A stretch of DNA of 64,000 nucleotides. Origin: an uncultured Pelagibacteraceae bacterium (GTDB taxonomy: Bacteria; Pseudomonadota; Alphaproteobacteria; Pelagibacterales; Pelagibacteraceae). The translations under genes and the position numbers were made by a program. Below are positions 9,642-22,308 of the stretch, piece after piece; position 1 is the first letter of the stretch; each line of letters begins with the position of its first letter. Where the stretch lies: assembly GCA_902627935.1 (NCBI GenBank), contig CACOLA010000003.1:93171-157170 (forward strand). The letters run 5' to 3'. The notes beneath the pieces are model-generated. The model worked only from the letters and a program-made list of their open reading frames with translations. It did no database searches and was not told where the DNA came from.

Positions 9642-10578
9642 TTAGTTTTTTTTTTAAAAAATTTATTAAATTTTTTTCATTGTTTATTTTTAACTCAACA
9701 TTTAAATATTTAAATTTACTTTTTAAGTTATCTGGTATTTTTACATAATCTTTTTCTGTTGTAATTATTTCTGCGTTCAAATTTTTTGCTTTAATCAATA
9801 TATTTTCAAAGTCTGTGGTGTTATAACTATAGTGATCTGGAAAAATTATATCAAAAATTAAATTAAACTTATTTTTTATAAGTAACTTTTTAAAATTTTC
9901 TGGATTACCAATTCCACAAAATAACAAATATTTTTTTTTCGTATCAAATTTTTTTAAGTTTAAAATTTTATATTCTGTGAAATAAATTTTTATTTTTGGA
10001 TTTATTTTTTTTATTATTTTTAATGTTTCTCTTGATTTTATTGAATTTATATCTTTAATGAATATTACATCATACTTTTTTAAACTATCAATTTTTTCTC
10101 TTAGGGGACCGGAGGGAATTAGTTGCCCATTTCCAATCCATTCATCGGAATTAAAACAAACGATCTTAACATCATAATAAATCTTCCTGTCTTGTAACCC
10201 ATCATCAAAAATTACCAATTGATACTTATTATTAATTGCAGTTTTCAGAATTTCACCTCTATTTTTCTCACAAATTAGCTGAGTTTTTTTATTTAAAATT
10301 ATTTGCTCATCCTTTTCATTTTTATAAAATTTTTTGGCTGTAGCTAATTTAAAATTTTTTTGTAATAAATTATATATTTTGATTGTTGATGGTGTTTTTC
10401 CAGTTCCTCCTAAATAGATATTTCCAACACAAATAGTTTTAATTTGATAATTTTTTTTTGGAGAGTAATTATCTAAAAAAAAATTATTGACTCTATAAAA
10501 AATTGTAAGAGGAAAAAGAAGATAGGAGGCTAAACCTGGTTTATTTTTATTCCAAAATTTTGGTTTTTTCAAATTCAT
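9628..10578 (-). CDS. lpxK: tetraacyldisaccharide 4'-kinase
   Basis: CVGNIYLGGTGKTP, DDGLQ, P.GPLRE, FPDHY and TTEKD motifs. Confidence 0.95.
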   Translation of the reverse strand: MNLKKPKFWNKNKPGLASYLLFPLTIFYRVNNFFLDNYSPKKNYQIKTICVGNIYLGGTGKTPSTIKIYNLLQKNFKLATAKKFYKNEKDEQIILNKKTQLICEKNRGEILKTAINNKYQLVIFDDGLQDRKIYYDVKIVCFNSDEWIGNGQLIPSGPLREKIDSLKKYDVIFIKDINSIKSRETLKIIKKINPKIKIYFTEYKILNLKKFDTKKKYLLFCGIGNPENFKKLLIKNKFNLIFDIIFPDHYSYNTTDFENILIKAKNLNAEIITTEKDYVKIPDNLKSKFKYLNVELKINNEKNLINFLKKKLNERN

Positions 10579-11820
10579 TTATCTCTTAATAAAAATTTCA
10601 TAATATGTTTTTTTTAAAATTTTATCTCCCGTAGATTTAATTCGATTTTGAATTTTTTTAGAACTTATTTTTCTTTCGAATAATACAAGAATTTTATTGG
10701 CTAATGATTTATGGTCCTTTATACAAAATGAAATTTTATTTTTTTTTAAAAATTCATATATTTCTTTAAAATTACCTACATTTGGTCCATGAGTGATTGA
10801 GCACCCATACCTTACTGCCTCTAGAGGATTTTGGCCACCATGTTGAATTAAAGATCCTCCTAAAAAGATATTCTTAAAATTTTTGTAAAAAGATTTTGTT
10901 TTTCCATATGCATTCACTAAGTATATATCTGTTTTTGGATTAATTTTTCTATGAGGTTCTTCTAGATGAACTTTTAGATTTAAGTTTTCTAAGTTTTTTT
11001 TAATCTCATCAGTTCTTTCAATATGTCTTGGAATTATTATTGTCACAAGATTTTTTAATTTTTTTTTTAAAATTTTGTGTGTATGTCCAATAAAAATTTC
11101 CTCATCTGCATGAGTGCTTGACGCACACCAAGTATTCTTATTAGATAAAAATTTTTTTAGATTATTTTTTAAATGTAAGTTTTCACTTTCTGCTTGAGAG
11201 TATTTCAAATTTCCAATTAATTTGACGTTATTAAAGTTTAGTTTTTTAAGATATTTGAAGGACTCTTTACTAGAGGATAAACTTAAATTAAAATTACTAA
11301 AAATTTTTTTTGAAAAATTTGGTATTTTTTTCCACTTAAGAAATGTTTTATGGGTAATTCGCCCATTGAGTAAAAAAATTGGAATATTTCTTTTTTTCAA
11401 ATTAATAATTGCATTAGGCCATAATTCTGAATCTATAAATAATGCTTTTGATGGTTTCCAGTGCTCAATAAATTTTTTCATTAAAAAATTAGTATCAATT
11501 GGAAAAAATTGATGTATCACTTTGTTAAAGTTTTGAAAATTTAATATTTTTGAGGAACTTAAAGTATTAGACGTTACTAGTATTTGTTTAATAGAACTGT
11601 TTTTTTCTAATTTTTCTAAGATTGGTATAATACTTTGTAACTCACCAACACTTGCTCCATGAAACCATATAAGTTTTCCAATTTTATTTTTTTTTTTAAA
11701 AAAACCTAATTTTTCCCAAAATCTTTTTGGGTCTTCTTTTTTTTTTAAAAATCTAAAAACTAGAATTATTGGTGATAATATAAATACTAGATTTATCAAA
11801 AATCTATAAACTATTAACAT
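10579..11820 (-). CDS. waaA: 3-deoxy-D-manno-octulosonic acid (Kdo) transferase
   Basis: WFHGASVGE, ELWPN, ASSTH..EE, PRH and GGQNPLE motifs. Confidence 0.95.
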   Translation of the reverse strand: MLIVYRFLINLVFILSPIILVFRFLKKKEDPKRFWEKLGFFKKKNKIGKLIWFHGASVGELQSIIPILEKLEKNSSIKQILVTSNTLSSSKILNFQNFNKVIHQFFPIDTNFLMKKFIEHWKPSKALFIDSELWPNAIINLKKRNIPIFLLNGRITHKTFLKWKKIPNFSKKIFSNFNLSLSSSKESFKYLKKLNFNNVKLIGNLKYSQAESENLHLKNNLKKFLSNKNTWCASSTHADEEIFIGHTHKILKKKLKNLVTIIIPRHIERTDEIKKNLENLNLKVHLEEPHRKINPKTDIYLVNAYGKTKSFYKNFKNIFLGGSLIQHGGQNPLEAVRYGCSITHGPNVGNFKEIYEFLKKNKISFCIKDHKSLANKILVLFERKISSKKIQNRIKSTGDKILKKTYYEIFIKR

Positions 11821-13559
11821 TAATCTTTTCTTATTTGTTTATCATAAAAATTTTTATACTCTTTTGATGATATCATCAAATCTTCATGTCTACCTTCTCC
11901 TACAATATTGCCCTTATCAATTACATAAATTTTATCAGAATTTAATATTGTAGATAGTCTATGAGCTATAACTATTGTTGTTCTACCAGATGTTAAAAAA
12001 TTAATAGCTTTTTGAATTTTATTCTCTGTTTCGGCATCCAAGGATGACGTTGCTTCATCTAATAAAATAATTTTGCTTTTTTTTAATAAAGCTCTCGCTA
12101 TTGATAGTCTTTGTTTTTGGCCACCTGATAAACGAATACCATTCTCACCTATCAGAGTATTATACTTTAATGGTAAATTTTCGATAAATTCACTCGCATA
12201 CGAAGACTTGGCAGCATCTTCTATTTCCTTGTCTGAGGCATTTAGGTTTGCATAAGCAATATTGTTCTTAATTGTATCATCAAATAAAGTAGTATCCTGG
12301 CTTACTAAAGAAATTTCTTTTCTTAAGGACGAAAGAGTTTTTTGATAAATTGATTGATTGTCAATTGTTATATCTCCCAGATTTGGATCATAAAATCTTG
12401 GAATTAAATTTAAAATTGTTGATTTGCCAGCTCCACTATGACCTACCAAGGCAGTCATTTTTTTCCCAGGAAAATCGAGATTAATGTTTTTTAATATTTT
12501 ATTATCATTATTTACATAGTCAAAATTTAAATTTTTAAAAACTATTCTTCCCTCGTGAACTTTGAGCTCTTCTGCTCCTTGTATGTTTTTTATATCTGGT
12601 GTCTCATCAATGACTGGTAAAACTCTTTTAGCACCCGAAATTCCTTGATGGATTGTGATATTGAGAGTTGCAAGAGACCTAACCGGTTGATATGCCAACA
12701 TCATTGCAGCTAAAAAAGAAAAAAAATTACTAACTTCCAACTCATTATTAGAGACAAGTTTTGCAGATATGAATATTAAAAACGCAATCATTATACCAGT
12801 TAAAAATTCCATAATAGGTGATGCTCGAACGTGAACAGTAGCAATTTTCTGTGATTTATCTTTGAGTTCATTTATCATTCTGTTAGCTCTCATATTCTCA
12901 AAAGTCTCTTTTTGAAATATCTTTATAAGTTTATGATTTCTGAAAATTTCAATTAAATAAGAAGTAAGTGCTCCTGCCTTATTCATTTGCTCAGTAACAA
13001 CTTTTCCAATTCTTTTTCCAAGGGTTCTTGCTGCTACACTTGCTAAGGGTATCATAATAATAGCTACCAAAGACAGTTTCCAATTTTGATAAAACATAAC
13101 ACCCAATAATCCTATTAACGTAAGGCTATCTTTAAATAAATTTAAAATTGCAGTACTAACAAGGTTAGTAATCATACTTACATCATTTGTAAGATTGGTA
13201 ATAAATTTTCCTGAGTGTTTACTATCTACTAATTTTGTGTCTGCACTTATTAAATTTGATAACATATCAATTTGTATATCTCTTCTTACATTTTCAGAGA
13301 CACCAATCATGATTACTTTTGCCAAATACAAAGAAGCCCCTTTGGTGGTGAATGCTAAAATAATCAAAAGTGGAATTATAAATATTAGTTCTTCTTTTTG
13401 TTCTATAAAAAGATGTTTAATTGCTGGATCTAATAAATAAGCAACTGACGCAGTACTACCTGCAAGCAACAAAGTAAAGAAAACTGATATAATAATTCTA
13501 TTTAAATATTTTTTTGTGTAATCCTTATAAAGTCTTTTTAAAATTTGAATATTTGTCAT
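11820..13559 (-). CDS. msbA: MsbA-like ABC transporter, fused permease/ATPase
   Basis: N-terminal TM domain, GHSGAGKST, LSGGQKQR, LDEATS; co-linear with waaA-lpxK. Confidence 0.85.
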   Translation of the reverse strand: MTNIQILKRLYKDYTKKYLNRIIISVFFTLLLAGSTASVAYLLDPAIKHLFIEQKEELIFIIPLLIILAFTTKGASLYLAKVIMIGVSENVRRDIQIDMLSNLISADTKLVDSKHSGKFITNLTNDVSMITNLVSTAILNLFKDSLTLIGLLGVMFYQNWKLSLVAIIMIPLASVAARTLGKRIGKVVTEQMNKAGALTSYLIEIFRNHKLIKIFQKETFENMRANRMINELKDKSQKIATVHVRASPIMEFLTGIMIAFLIFISAKLVSNNELEVSNFFSFLAAMMLAYQPVRSLATLNITIHQGISGAKRVLPVIDETPDIKNIQGAEELKVHEGRIVFKNLNFDYVNNDNKILKNINLDFPGKKMTALVGHSGAGKSTILNLIPRFYDPNLGDITIDNQSIYQKTLSSLRKEISLVSQDTTLFDDTIKNNIAYANLNASDKEIEDAAKSSYASEFIENLPLKYNTLIGENGIRLSGGQKQRLSIARALLKKSKIILLDEATSSLDAETENKIQKAINFLTSGRTTIVIAHRLSTILNSDKIYVIDKGNIVGEGRHEDLMISSKEYKNFYDKQIRKD

Positions 13560-13561
13560 TT

Positions 13562-14425
13562 TTATAGTTTACCAATTAATAAAGTTGATAAAATAATTAA
13601 TCCGAAAAAGTTATTTGATTTGAATGTTTTGAGGCAGCTATTTGAATTTTCTATATCTAATCTACTAATTTGAATATAAAACAAATGCACACTTATAACC
13701 ACTAGTCCGAAATAGTAAAAAATATTAAATTTCATAAAAAATCCTAAAATGATTAAGTTTATAAAAAAAATTGCGTAGCATAATTTTAAGAATAAATAAG
13801 GTTTTGATTTAAATCTTATTGATGTTGATTTTAATCCTATAATTTCATCATCTTTAATATCTTGAAATCCGTATATCGTGTCAAAGCCAAGTGTCCAAAA
13901 TATGGCCCCCAAATAAAATATTATTGGCACAATTGTTATGTTATCAGAAATAGAAGTCCAGCCTAAGACAAGACCATAGTTAAAAGTAATACCTAAAAAT
14001 AGTTGAGGCCAATATGTATATCTCTTCATTAAAGGATAGGTAAATGCCAGAGGCATAGATCCTAGAGCAAGAATTATTGTAAGATAATTGAATTGAATTA
14101 ATACCAAAAATGCAATCGCACATAACATTGCAGAATAAATAATTCCTTGCTTAATAGTAACCTTACCAGAAGCGATTGGTCTATTTTTGGTTCTAAAAAC
14201 CTTACTATCAAATTCTCTATCTGCAATATCATTAATAATACAGCCCGCAGATCGCATTAAGACCGATCCTAGAAAAAATAGTAAGAGGTAATAGAAATAT
14301 TTATCTAGACTATTTGAAAAATCGTAGGCTATGGTTAAACCCCAAGCACATGGCCAAAAGAGAAGCATAAAACCTATTGGTTTTTTTAATCTGATGAGTT
14401 TTATAAATAAGTTAAATTGGTTCAT
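13562..14425 (-). CDS. ubiA: 4-hydroxybenzoate polyprenyltransferase
   Basis: RSAGCIINDIADR.FD, RPIASG, YPLMKR and DTIYG.QD..DD motifs. Confidence 0.95.
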   Translation of the reverse strand: MNQFNLFIKLIRLKKPIGFMLLFWPCAWGLTIAYDFSNSLDKYFYYLLLFFLGSVLMRSAGCIINDIADREFDSKVFRTKNRPIASGKVTIKQGIIYSAMLCAIAFLVLIQFNYLTIILALGSMPLAFTYPLMKRYTYWPQLFLGITFNYGLVLGWTSISDNITIVPIIFYLGAIFWTLGFDTIYGFQDIKDDEIIGLKSTSIRFKSKPYLFLKLCYAIFFINLIILGFFMKFNIFYYFGLVVISVHLFYIQISRLDIENSNSCLKTFKSNNFFGLIILSTLLIGKL

Positions 14426-14476
14426 AAAATTTACTTGTAAATAACAAAGGCAAGATTGATAATCAAATTGATTCGT

Positions 14477-14881
14477 ATGAATATTGATTACACAGTCACA
14501 GCCTTAATGTTTCCAGCTATTCCTTTGTTAATGAATATATATAGCAATAGATTCCATTCATTGAGTAAATTGATAAGAGAACTTCATGATGAGCATGTTT
14601 ATGAAAAACACGTTCCTCCAGAATGGAAAAAACAATTTATTAATTTAAGTGGTAGGATAACCTTATTAAGATGGTCAATAATGTTTGGAGCTTTTGGATT
14701 TTTGTTTAATATGCTCACTGTGCTTGGTCTTTACTTAAATGAAATATTTGTAGCAAGATTAATTTTTGGTTCATGCTGTTTGTCTATGATTATCTCTATA
14801 CTATTTTTTATTAGAGAAATTCATATTTCAACTAATGCTTTAAGATTGCATATGTCTGATATGGATGTAAATGTTGATTAA
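14477..14881 (+). CDS. DUF2721-like membrane protein
   Basis: ALMFPAIPLLM..Y.NRF..L..LIR.LH and EI.IS..AL motifs; ATG at 14477 preferred. Confidence 0.75.
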   Translation: MNIDYTVTALMFPAIPLLMNIYSNRFHSLSKLIRELHDEHVYEKHVPPEWKKQFINLSGRITLLRWSIMFGAFGFLFNMLTVLGLYLNEIFVARLIFGSCCLSMIISILFFIREIHISTNALRLHMSDMDVNVD

Positions 14882-15849
14882 GGAATAATTATAGCTGGAC
14901 CTAAAATTTTCCTACTTTCTAGATCCTGGTGTGCCTCGACAATTTGATTTAAAGAATATCTTTTATAAATATCTAATGAAATTTTTTTTGTAATGTACAT
15001 TTGAAAAACCTTACTGGCTGCTTCATCAAGCTCTTCTCTTGTCGCAGTATAATGTGCAATACTTGGTCTAGTTAAATACAAACCTTTTGGTGCTAGAGAT
15101 TTTGTAATATTACATGGTTCCAAAGGACCAGACGCATTTCCAAAAGAGACCATCATACCTCTTGTCTTTAAACATTCAATTGAACCATCAAAAGTTTTTT
15201 TTCCAACACCATCATAAACAACAGATAAGCCCAAGCCATTTGTAATCTCTTTAACTTTTTCAGCAAAATTCTCTTTTGAATAATTAATGACATGATTACA
15301 ACCGTTTGCTTTTGCTATTTTGATTTTTTCATCTGAACCTACAGTTCCAATTACATTACATCCCAAGCTTTTTGCCCACTGACAGAAAATTTGCCCAACA
15401 CCTCCGGCAGCTGCATGAAATAAAATAGTTTCACCAGCTTTGACTGGATAAGTTTTGTGAAGTAGATAGAAAACAGTAAATCCTTTAGTCATTAATGTAA
15501 CCACATGTTCTGCATTAATTTCTTTAGGAACTTTTACCAACTTTTTTACTGGAAAGTTTCTATGAGTTGAATATGAACCTATAGGCATAGACGCATATGC
15601 AACTCTTTCTCCAACTTTAAAATTTTCTACATCAGGACCTACCTTTTCAATTATTCCTGCTCCTTCAATTCCAATATTCGAAGGTAACTCAACGGGGTAA
15701 AGACCCGATCTATGATAAGTATCGATATAATTTAAACCGATTGCCTCATTTTTAATCTGTACTTCACCAGATTTGGGGTTTTCAAGTTTGATATCTTTAA
15801 TTTCCAAAACCTCTGGACCACCGTTTTTTGAAATTATCACTGCTTTCAT
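14878..15849 (-). CDS. qor: NADPH:quinone oxidoreductase (zeta-crystallin/MDR family)
   Basis: GGPEVL, GLNYID..HRSGLY, HAAAGGVG, VYDGVG and FGNASG motifs. Confidence 0.93.
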   Translation of the reverse strand: MKAVIISKNGGPEVLEIKDIKLENPKSGEVQIKNEAIGLNYIDTYHRSGLYPVELPSNIGIEGAGIIEKVGPDVENFKVGERVAYASMPIGSYSTHRNFPVKKLVKVPKEINAEHVVTLMTKGFTVFYLLHKTYPVKAGETILFHAAAGGVGQIFCQWAKSLGCNVIGTVGSDEKIKIAKANGCNHVINYSKENFAEKVKEITNGLGLSVVYDGVGKKTFDGSIECLKTRGMMVSFGNASGPLEPCNITKSLAPKGLYLTRPSIAHYTATREELDEAASKVFQMYITKKISLDIYKRYSLNQIVEAHQDLESRKILGPAIIIP

Positions 15850-16679
15850 TTTACAAAAGTGTCATTATGATAATCTTGAACAGCTTGCAAAATTTCAGCT
15901 TTTGTATTCATTACAAATGGTCCACCTCTTGCGATTTTTTCGTTTATAGGTTTTCCTGAAATTAATAAGAATTTAGCATTAGATTTTGCATTTACTTTTA
16001 ATTCATTTCCTTTTGAAAGTAATATAAGAGTGCTATTTTTTACCTTATTATGCTTTTTCTCACCAACTATTATTTCTCCATCAATAAGATAAATAAATGA
16101 ATTATGAGTTAAAGGTAATTGGAAATTAAACTCTTTATCTTTCTTTAATTCTATATCAAAATAAATTGGTTCTACATTATGACCCTTAACAGGGCCTTCA
16201 GCTTTTTCAAATATACCAGCTATAACCTTAACTTGTTTGTCATCATCATTATGAATACTCATTTTTTCAGCATCAATATAAATATATTCAGGTTTACTCA
16301 TCTTTAATTTTGCAGGCATATTAATCCATAATTGAAAACCGTGTAGTTTCCCCTCTTTCATTGCGGGCATTTCGGAGTGAATTATTCCACTTCCTGTCTT
16401 CATCCACTGAACGTCACCAGCTGTCATTTTTCCTTTACCACCTGTGCTATCTTTGTGCTCAAAATCACCTGCAAGCATGTAAGTGACAGTTTCTATTCCT
16501 CTGTGGGGGTGGGGTGGAAATCCAGCAACATAGTCTTCACTATTTTCTGATCCAAATTCGTCTAACATTAAAAAAGGGTCATAATAATTGGGATCAACAC
16601 CTATACTTCTTTTCAATTTTACTCCTGCACCATCTGAAGCTGAAATAGGATTAATAATTTTATTTATTTCTGATTTCAT
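15846..16679 (-). CDS. pirin family protein
   Basis: DPFLMLDEF, GFPPHPHRGIETVTY, IIHSEMP, QLWIN and GGPFVMN motifs. Confidence 0.95.
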   Translation of the reverse strand: MKSEINKIINPISASDGAGVKLKRSIGVDPNYYDPFLMLDEFGSENSEDYVAGFPPHPHRGIETVTYMLAGDFEHKDSTGGKGKMTAGDVQWMKTGSGIIHSEMPAMKEGKLHGFQLWINMPAKLKMSKPEYIYIDAEKMSIHNDDDKQVKVIAGIFEKAEGPVKGHNVEPIYFDIELKKDKEFNFQLPLTHNSFIYLIDGEIIVGEKKHNKVKNSTLILLSKGNELKVNAKSNAKFLLISGKPINEKIARGGPFVMNTKAEILQAVQDYHNDTFVK

Positions 16680-16762
16680 ATATCAAGCATAATTGTTAAA
16701 AATTATAATTCAATAGTACTTTTTTGTTTAAAAATTTATTAGAAAGTTTATTAAAAAAGCAA

Positions 16763-17323
16763 ATGGATCTACGAGCACAAACTATTCTCAATTTTTGGTT
16801 TATTGAAACGCCTTCAGATAAAAGGTTCAAAAAGGACGAAAAATTTGATCAATTAATTAAAGATAAATTTTTAAGAGACCATGAAAAGGCTTGTTTAAAT
16901 GAATATGATGAATGGCAAGACACTGCTCTAGGAAGTCTGGCGCTAGTTATCTTATTTGATCAATTTTCACGAAATATTTTTAGAGATAATAAGAGAGCCT
17001 TTGAGCAAGACTCAAAAACAAGATTAATTGTCCATTATTCAATAAAATCTGATTTCTTAAATGAAATGGACCAAAATCAAAGATTTTTTATGTTACTACC
17101 CTTAATACATAGTGAAGAAATGTTTGACCATGAAATGGCACATCATTTTTTAGAACTTTATATTCAAGAACATCCCAGTTTAATTGAAATTAGAAAGTCT
17201 TGGAAGGATCACACAAAGGTTATCAAAAAGTTTAATAGATACCCCCACAGAAATAAAATTTTAGGAAGAGAATCTACAAAAGAAGAAATCGAGTTTTTAA
17301 AAAGACCAAATTCAGCTTGGTAA
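16763..17323 (+). CDS. DUF924 family protein
   Basis: ILNFWF, ILFDQFSRN.FR, HSE and F.RYPHRN..LGR.ST..E motifs; ATG at 16763 preferred. Confidence 0.9.
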   Translation: MDLRAQTILNFWFIETPSDKRFKKDEKFDQLIKDKFLRDHEKACLNEYDEWQDTALGSLALVILFDQFSRNIFRDNKRAFEQDSKTRLIVHYSIKSDFLNEMDQNQRFFMLLPLIHSEEMFDHEMAHHFLELYIQEHPSLIEIRKSWKDHTKVIKKFNRYPHRNKILGRESTKEEIEFLKRPNSAW

Positions 17324-17368
17324 CTAAAGTAATATCGTTAAGAACCTTTTAGAAGAGTTTAAATTAAT

Positions 17369-18031
17369 CTAAATTAAATCAATTAATTCTAACAAATTTT
17401 TAATTTGAAAATTTGGTTTGTAGTCCAAATTATCAAAAATATTTTCATTTCTATTTACCCATATTGCATTATATCCATAGTTCCCACCACCAGAAACGTC
17501 CCATGTGTTTGCACTCAAAAAAGCCACCTCTTCTTTTTCTATGTGATACTTTTGAATTGGCATATCATAAACCTTAAAATCAGGTTTATAAATTCCTACT
17601 TGCTCAATTGAAAAAATATCATCAAAAATATTTTCCAAATTATTTACTTTCACCAGTTCGTTTAACAGTGAAGGTGTACCATTTGAAAGAATAGCTAATT
17701 TAAAATTTTTTAATTTAAGAGACTTTAAAACTTCAGGAACTTCGTTATAAGTTAACAATACTTTATATAAATTTAATAATTCATTTTTCATTGAGGGATT
17801 TATATTAAAGACATTAATAGATTTGTCTAAACTATCCTCAGTTATCTGCCAAAAATCTTTATGCCTGTTCATTAAACTTCGAAGCCAGGTATATTCTAAT
17901 TGAGTAGTTCTCCAATAATTTGAAAAACCTTCCCATTTATCTCCAATTTTATTTTTACATTTTTCAGCCGCAGAATTTACATCAAATAGTGTACCGTAGG
18001 CATCAAAAATTATTGCTTTAATATTTTTCAT
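17369..18031 (-). CDS. haloacid dehalogenase, type II
   Basis: FDAYGTLFDV, WR..QLEY.W, LSNG, YKP and SAN.WD motifs. Confidence 0.92.
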   Translation of the reverse strand: MKNIKAIIFDAYGTLFDVNSAAEKCKNKIGDKWEGFSNYWRTTQLEYTWLRSLMNRHKDFWQITEDSLDKSINVFNINPSMKNELLNLYKVLLTYNEVPEVLKSLKLKNFKLAILSNGTPSLLNELVKVNNLENIFDDIFSIEQVGIYKPDFKVYDMPIQKYHIEKEEVAFLSANTWDVSGGGNYGYNAIWVNRNENIFDNLDYKPNFQIKNLLELIDLI

Positions 18032-18048
18032 AAACTAATTTAACATAA

Positions 18049-18750
18049 ATGAGCAATATAAGATTATTTTTTTCAAACCCATTATCAGCAAACATGACTG
18101 ACAAATTAGATAAGTCTCAATCACATTATTTAACAAAAGTAATGAGAATTAGAGAAAATGAACTTTTTTCTTTATTTAATAAAAATGGTGAATGGGAAGC
18201 TAAAATTTTAGCAATATCAAAAAGTGTTGTTGAATTTAAAACAATAAAACAACTTAGAGTAAAAGAAAACTTTAAAGAATTATGGCTAGCCTTTTCTCCA
18301 ATAAAGTCTAATTACCAAAATTTTATGATTCAAAAAGCAACAGAGCTTGGGGTTACAAAATTTTTACCAATTATATTTGACCGTACAGTTGTAAGAAAAA
18401 TTAACAGAGAAAAATTAGGAAAAATCGCTATAGAGGCTAGTGAACAATCAAATAGAATTAATGTTCCATTAATTGAAGACTCTCAAAATTTGGATAATTT
18501 CTTAAAAAGTAATTTTGTCGATCTTATCTTCACTGATTTGAACTCGAATAATAAAAAAATTAATACATCAAATCTATCTAGTAAACCAATATGTATAATT
18601 GTTGGTCCAGAGGGAGACTTTTCTGAAGCTGAAAGAGAAAAGATTCTAAATTTTAAAGGAGTTCAAGCATTAAAGATTAATGAAAATATTTTAAGATCTG
18701 AAACTGCTGTGATATCTACAATTTCGATCGTAAATTACGCAATTAATTGA
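18049..18750 (+). CDS. rsmE: 16S rRNA m3U1498 methyltransferase
   Basis: QKATELGV, EASEQS.R, VGPEGDF and ILRSETA motifs. Confidence 0.95.
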   Translation: MSNIRLFFSNPLSANMTDKLDKSQSHYLTKVMRIRENELFSLFNKNGEWEAKILAISKSVVEFKTIKQLRVKENFKELWLAFSPIKSNYQNFMIQKATELGVTKFLPIIFDRTVVRKINREKLGKIAIEASEQSNRINVPLIEDSQNLDNFLKSNFVDLIFTDLNSNNKKINTSNLSSKPICIIVGPEGDFSEAEREKILNFKGVQALKINENILRSETAVISTISIVNYAIN

Positions 18751-18809
18751 TAAATTGTCGCGAAAACTAAAGTGTAATTTTTATAAAAGAGCTTTATATA
18801 GCTATTTAA

Positions 18810-21256
<2,447 letters not shown>

Positions 21257-21274
21257 AAAAATAGCTTAAATTTA

Positions 21275-22186
21275 ATGAATAATTTGAGATTTAAAAACAA
21301 AGCTTTAAGTCAGGAAGATTTATTTAATCTTTCAGAATTATTTAAATTAATGAAGCCAAGAGTCATGTCATTAGTAATTTTCACATGTGCGGTAGGACTT
21401 TTGACTGCACCAAATTTGATTTCAACTAAGGATGCAATAATTGGAATTTTATTAGTATCAATAGGGGCAGGAGCGGCAGGAGCACTAAACATGTGGTACG
21501 AGTCTGACCTTGACGCTCTAATGACTAGAACATGCTTAAGACCTATCCCTACTGGAAAAATCAATAGAAACCAAGCACTTATTTTCGGAGTCACTTTATC
21601 AATTATTTCAGTTGTTTCACTAGATTATTTTACAAACAGGATTTCGGCTTCAATTTTATTATTAACAATATTATTTTATGTATTTGTTTATACAATTTGG
21701 CTAAAGAGGAGAACTCCACAGAATATTGTTATTGGTGGTGCTGCAGGAGCTTTTCCACCTGTAATTGGATGGACTATTGCTACTGGATCTTTGTCAATTG
21801 AGCCATTAACTTTTTTTTTGATAATTTTTTTTTGGACACCATCTCATTTTTGGGCTTTAAGTCTATATAAGTCAGATGATTACAAGAAAGCTAATATTCC
21901 AATGCTCCCCTTAACTAACGGTGTTGAAAGCACAAAGCTAAATATATTTATTTACTCTTTATTAATGGTACCAGTGATTATTTTTCCGTACTTTATAAAT
22001 TTTGTAGGATTTGTATTTTTGATACCAGCACTTCTGCTAACATTTTACTACAATTATTTATGTTATGAACTATACAATTATAAAAAAAACAAATTTCATC
22101 CTAAAAAAGCTAAATCAATTTTTGGATATTCAATATTGTATTTATTTTTGGTTTTTGTTCTTTTTTTGATTGATAAAATTTTATGA
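21275..22186 (+). CDS. ctaB: protoheme IX farnesyltransferase (heme O synthase)
   Basis: LMKPRVMSL, D..M.RT..RPIP, LKRRTPQNIVIGG and WTP.HFWAL motifs. Confidence 0.95.
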   Translation: MNNLRFKNKALSQEDLFNLSELFKLMKPRVMSLVIFTCAVGLLTAPNLISTKDAIIGILLVSIGAGAAGALNMWYESDLDALMTRTCLRPIPTGKINRNQALIFGVTLSIISVVSLDYFTNRISASILLLTILFYVFVYTIWLKRRTPQNIVIGGAAGAFPPVIGWTIATGSLSIEPLTFFLIIFFWTPSHFWALSLYKSDDYKKANIPMLPLTNGVESTKLNIFIYSLLMVPVIIFPYFINFVGFVFLIPALLLTFYYNYLCYELYNYKKNKFHPKKAKSIFGYSILYLFLVFVLFLIDKIL

Positions 22187-22308
22187 TTACTCCGGATAAA
22201 AAAACTAAAAAAAAAAATATAATAACAGCTTTTATCATTATAGCTTTTATGATTTTTCTTTTCTTTTTTACATTATATAATACAGGGGTATTTGATAGAT
22301 CAATATGA
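22183..22308 (+). CDS. 41-aa single-TM protein, CoxF-like (not in the ORF track)
   Basis: MITPDKKTKKKNIITAFIIIAFMIFLFFFTLYNTGVFDRSI; ATGA overlaps with both the ctaB stop and the ctaG start. Confidence 0.75.
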   Translation: MITPDKKTKKKNIITAFIIIAFMIFLFFFTLYNTGVFDRSI

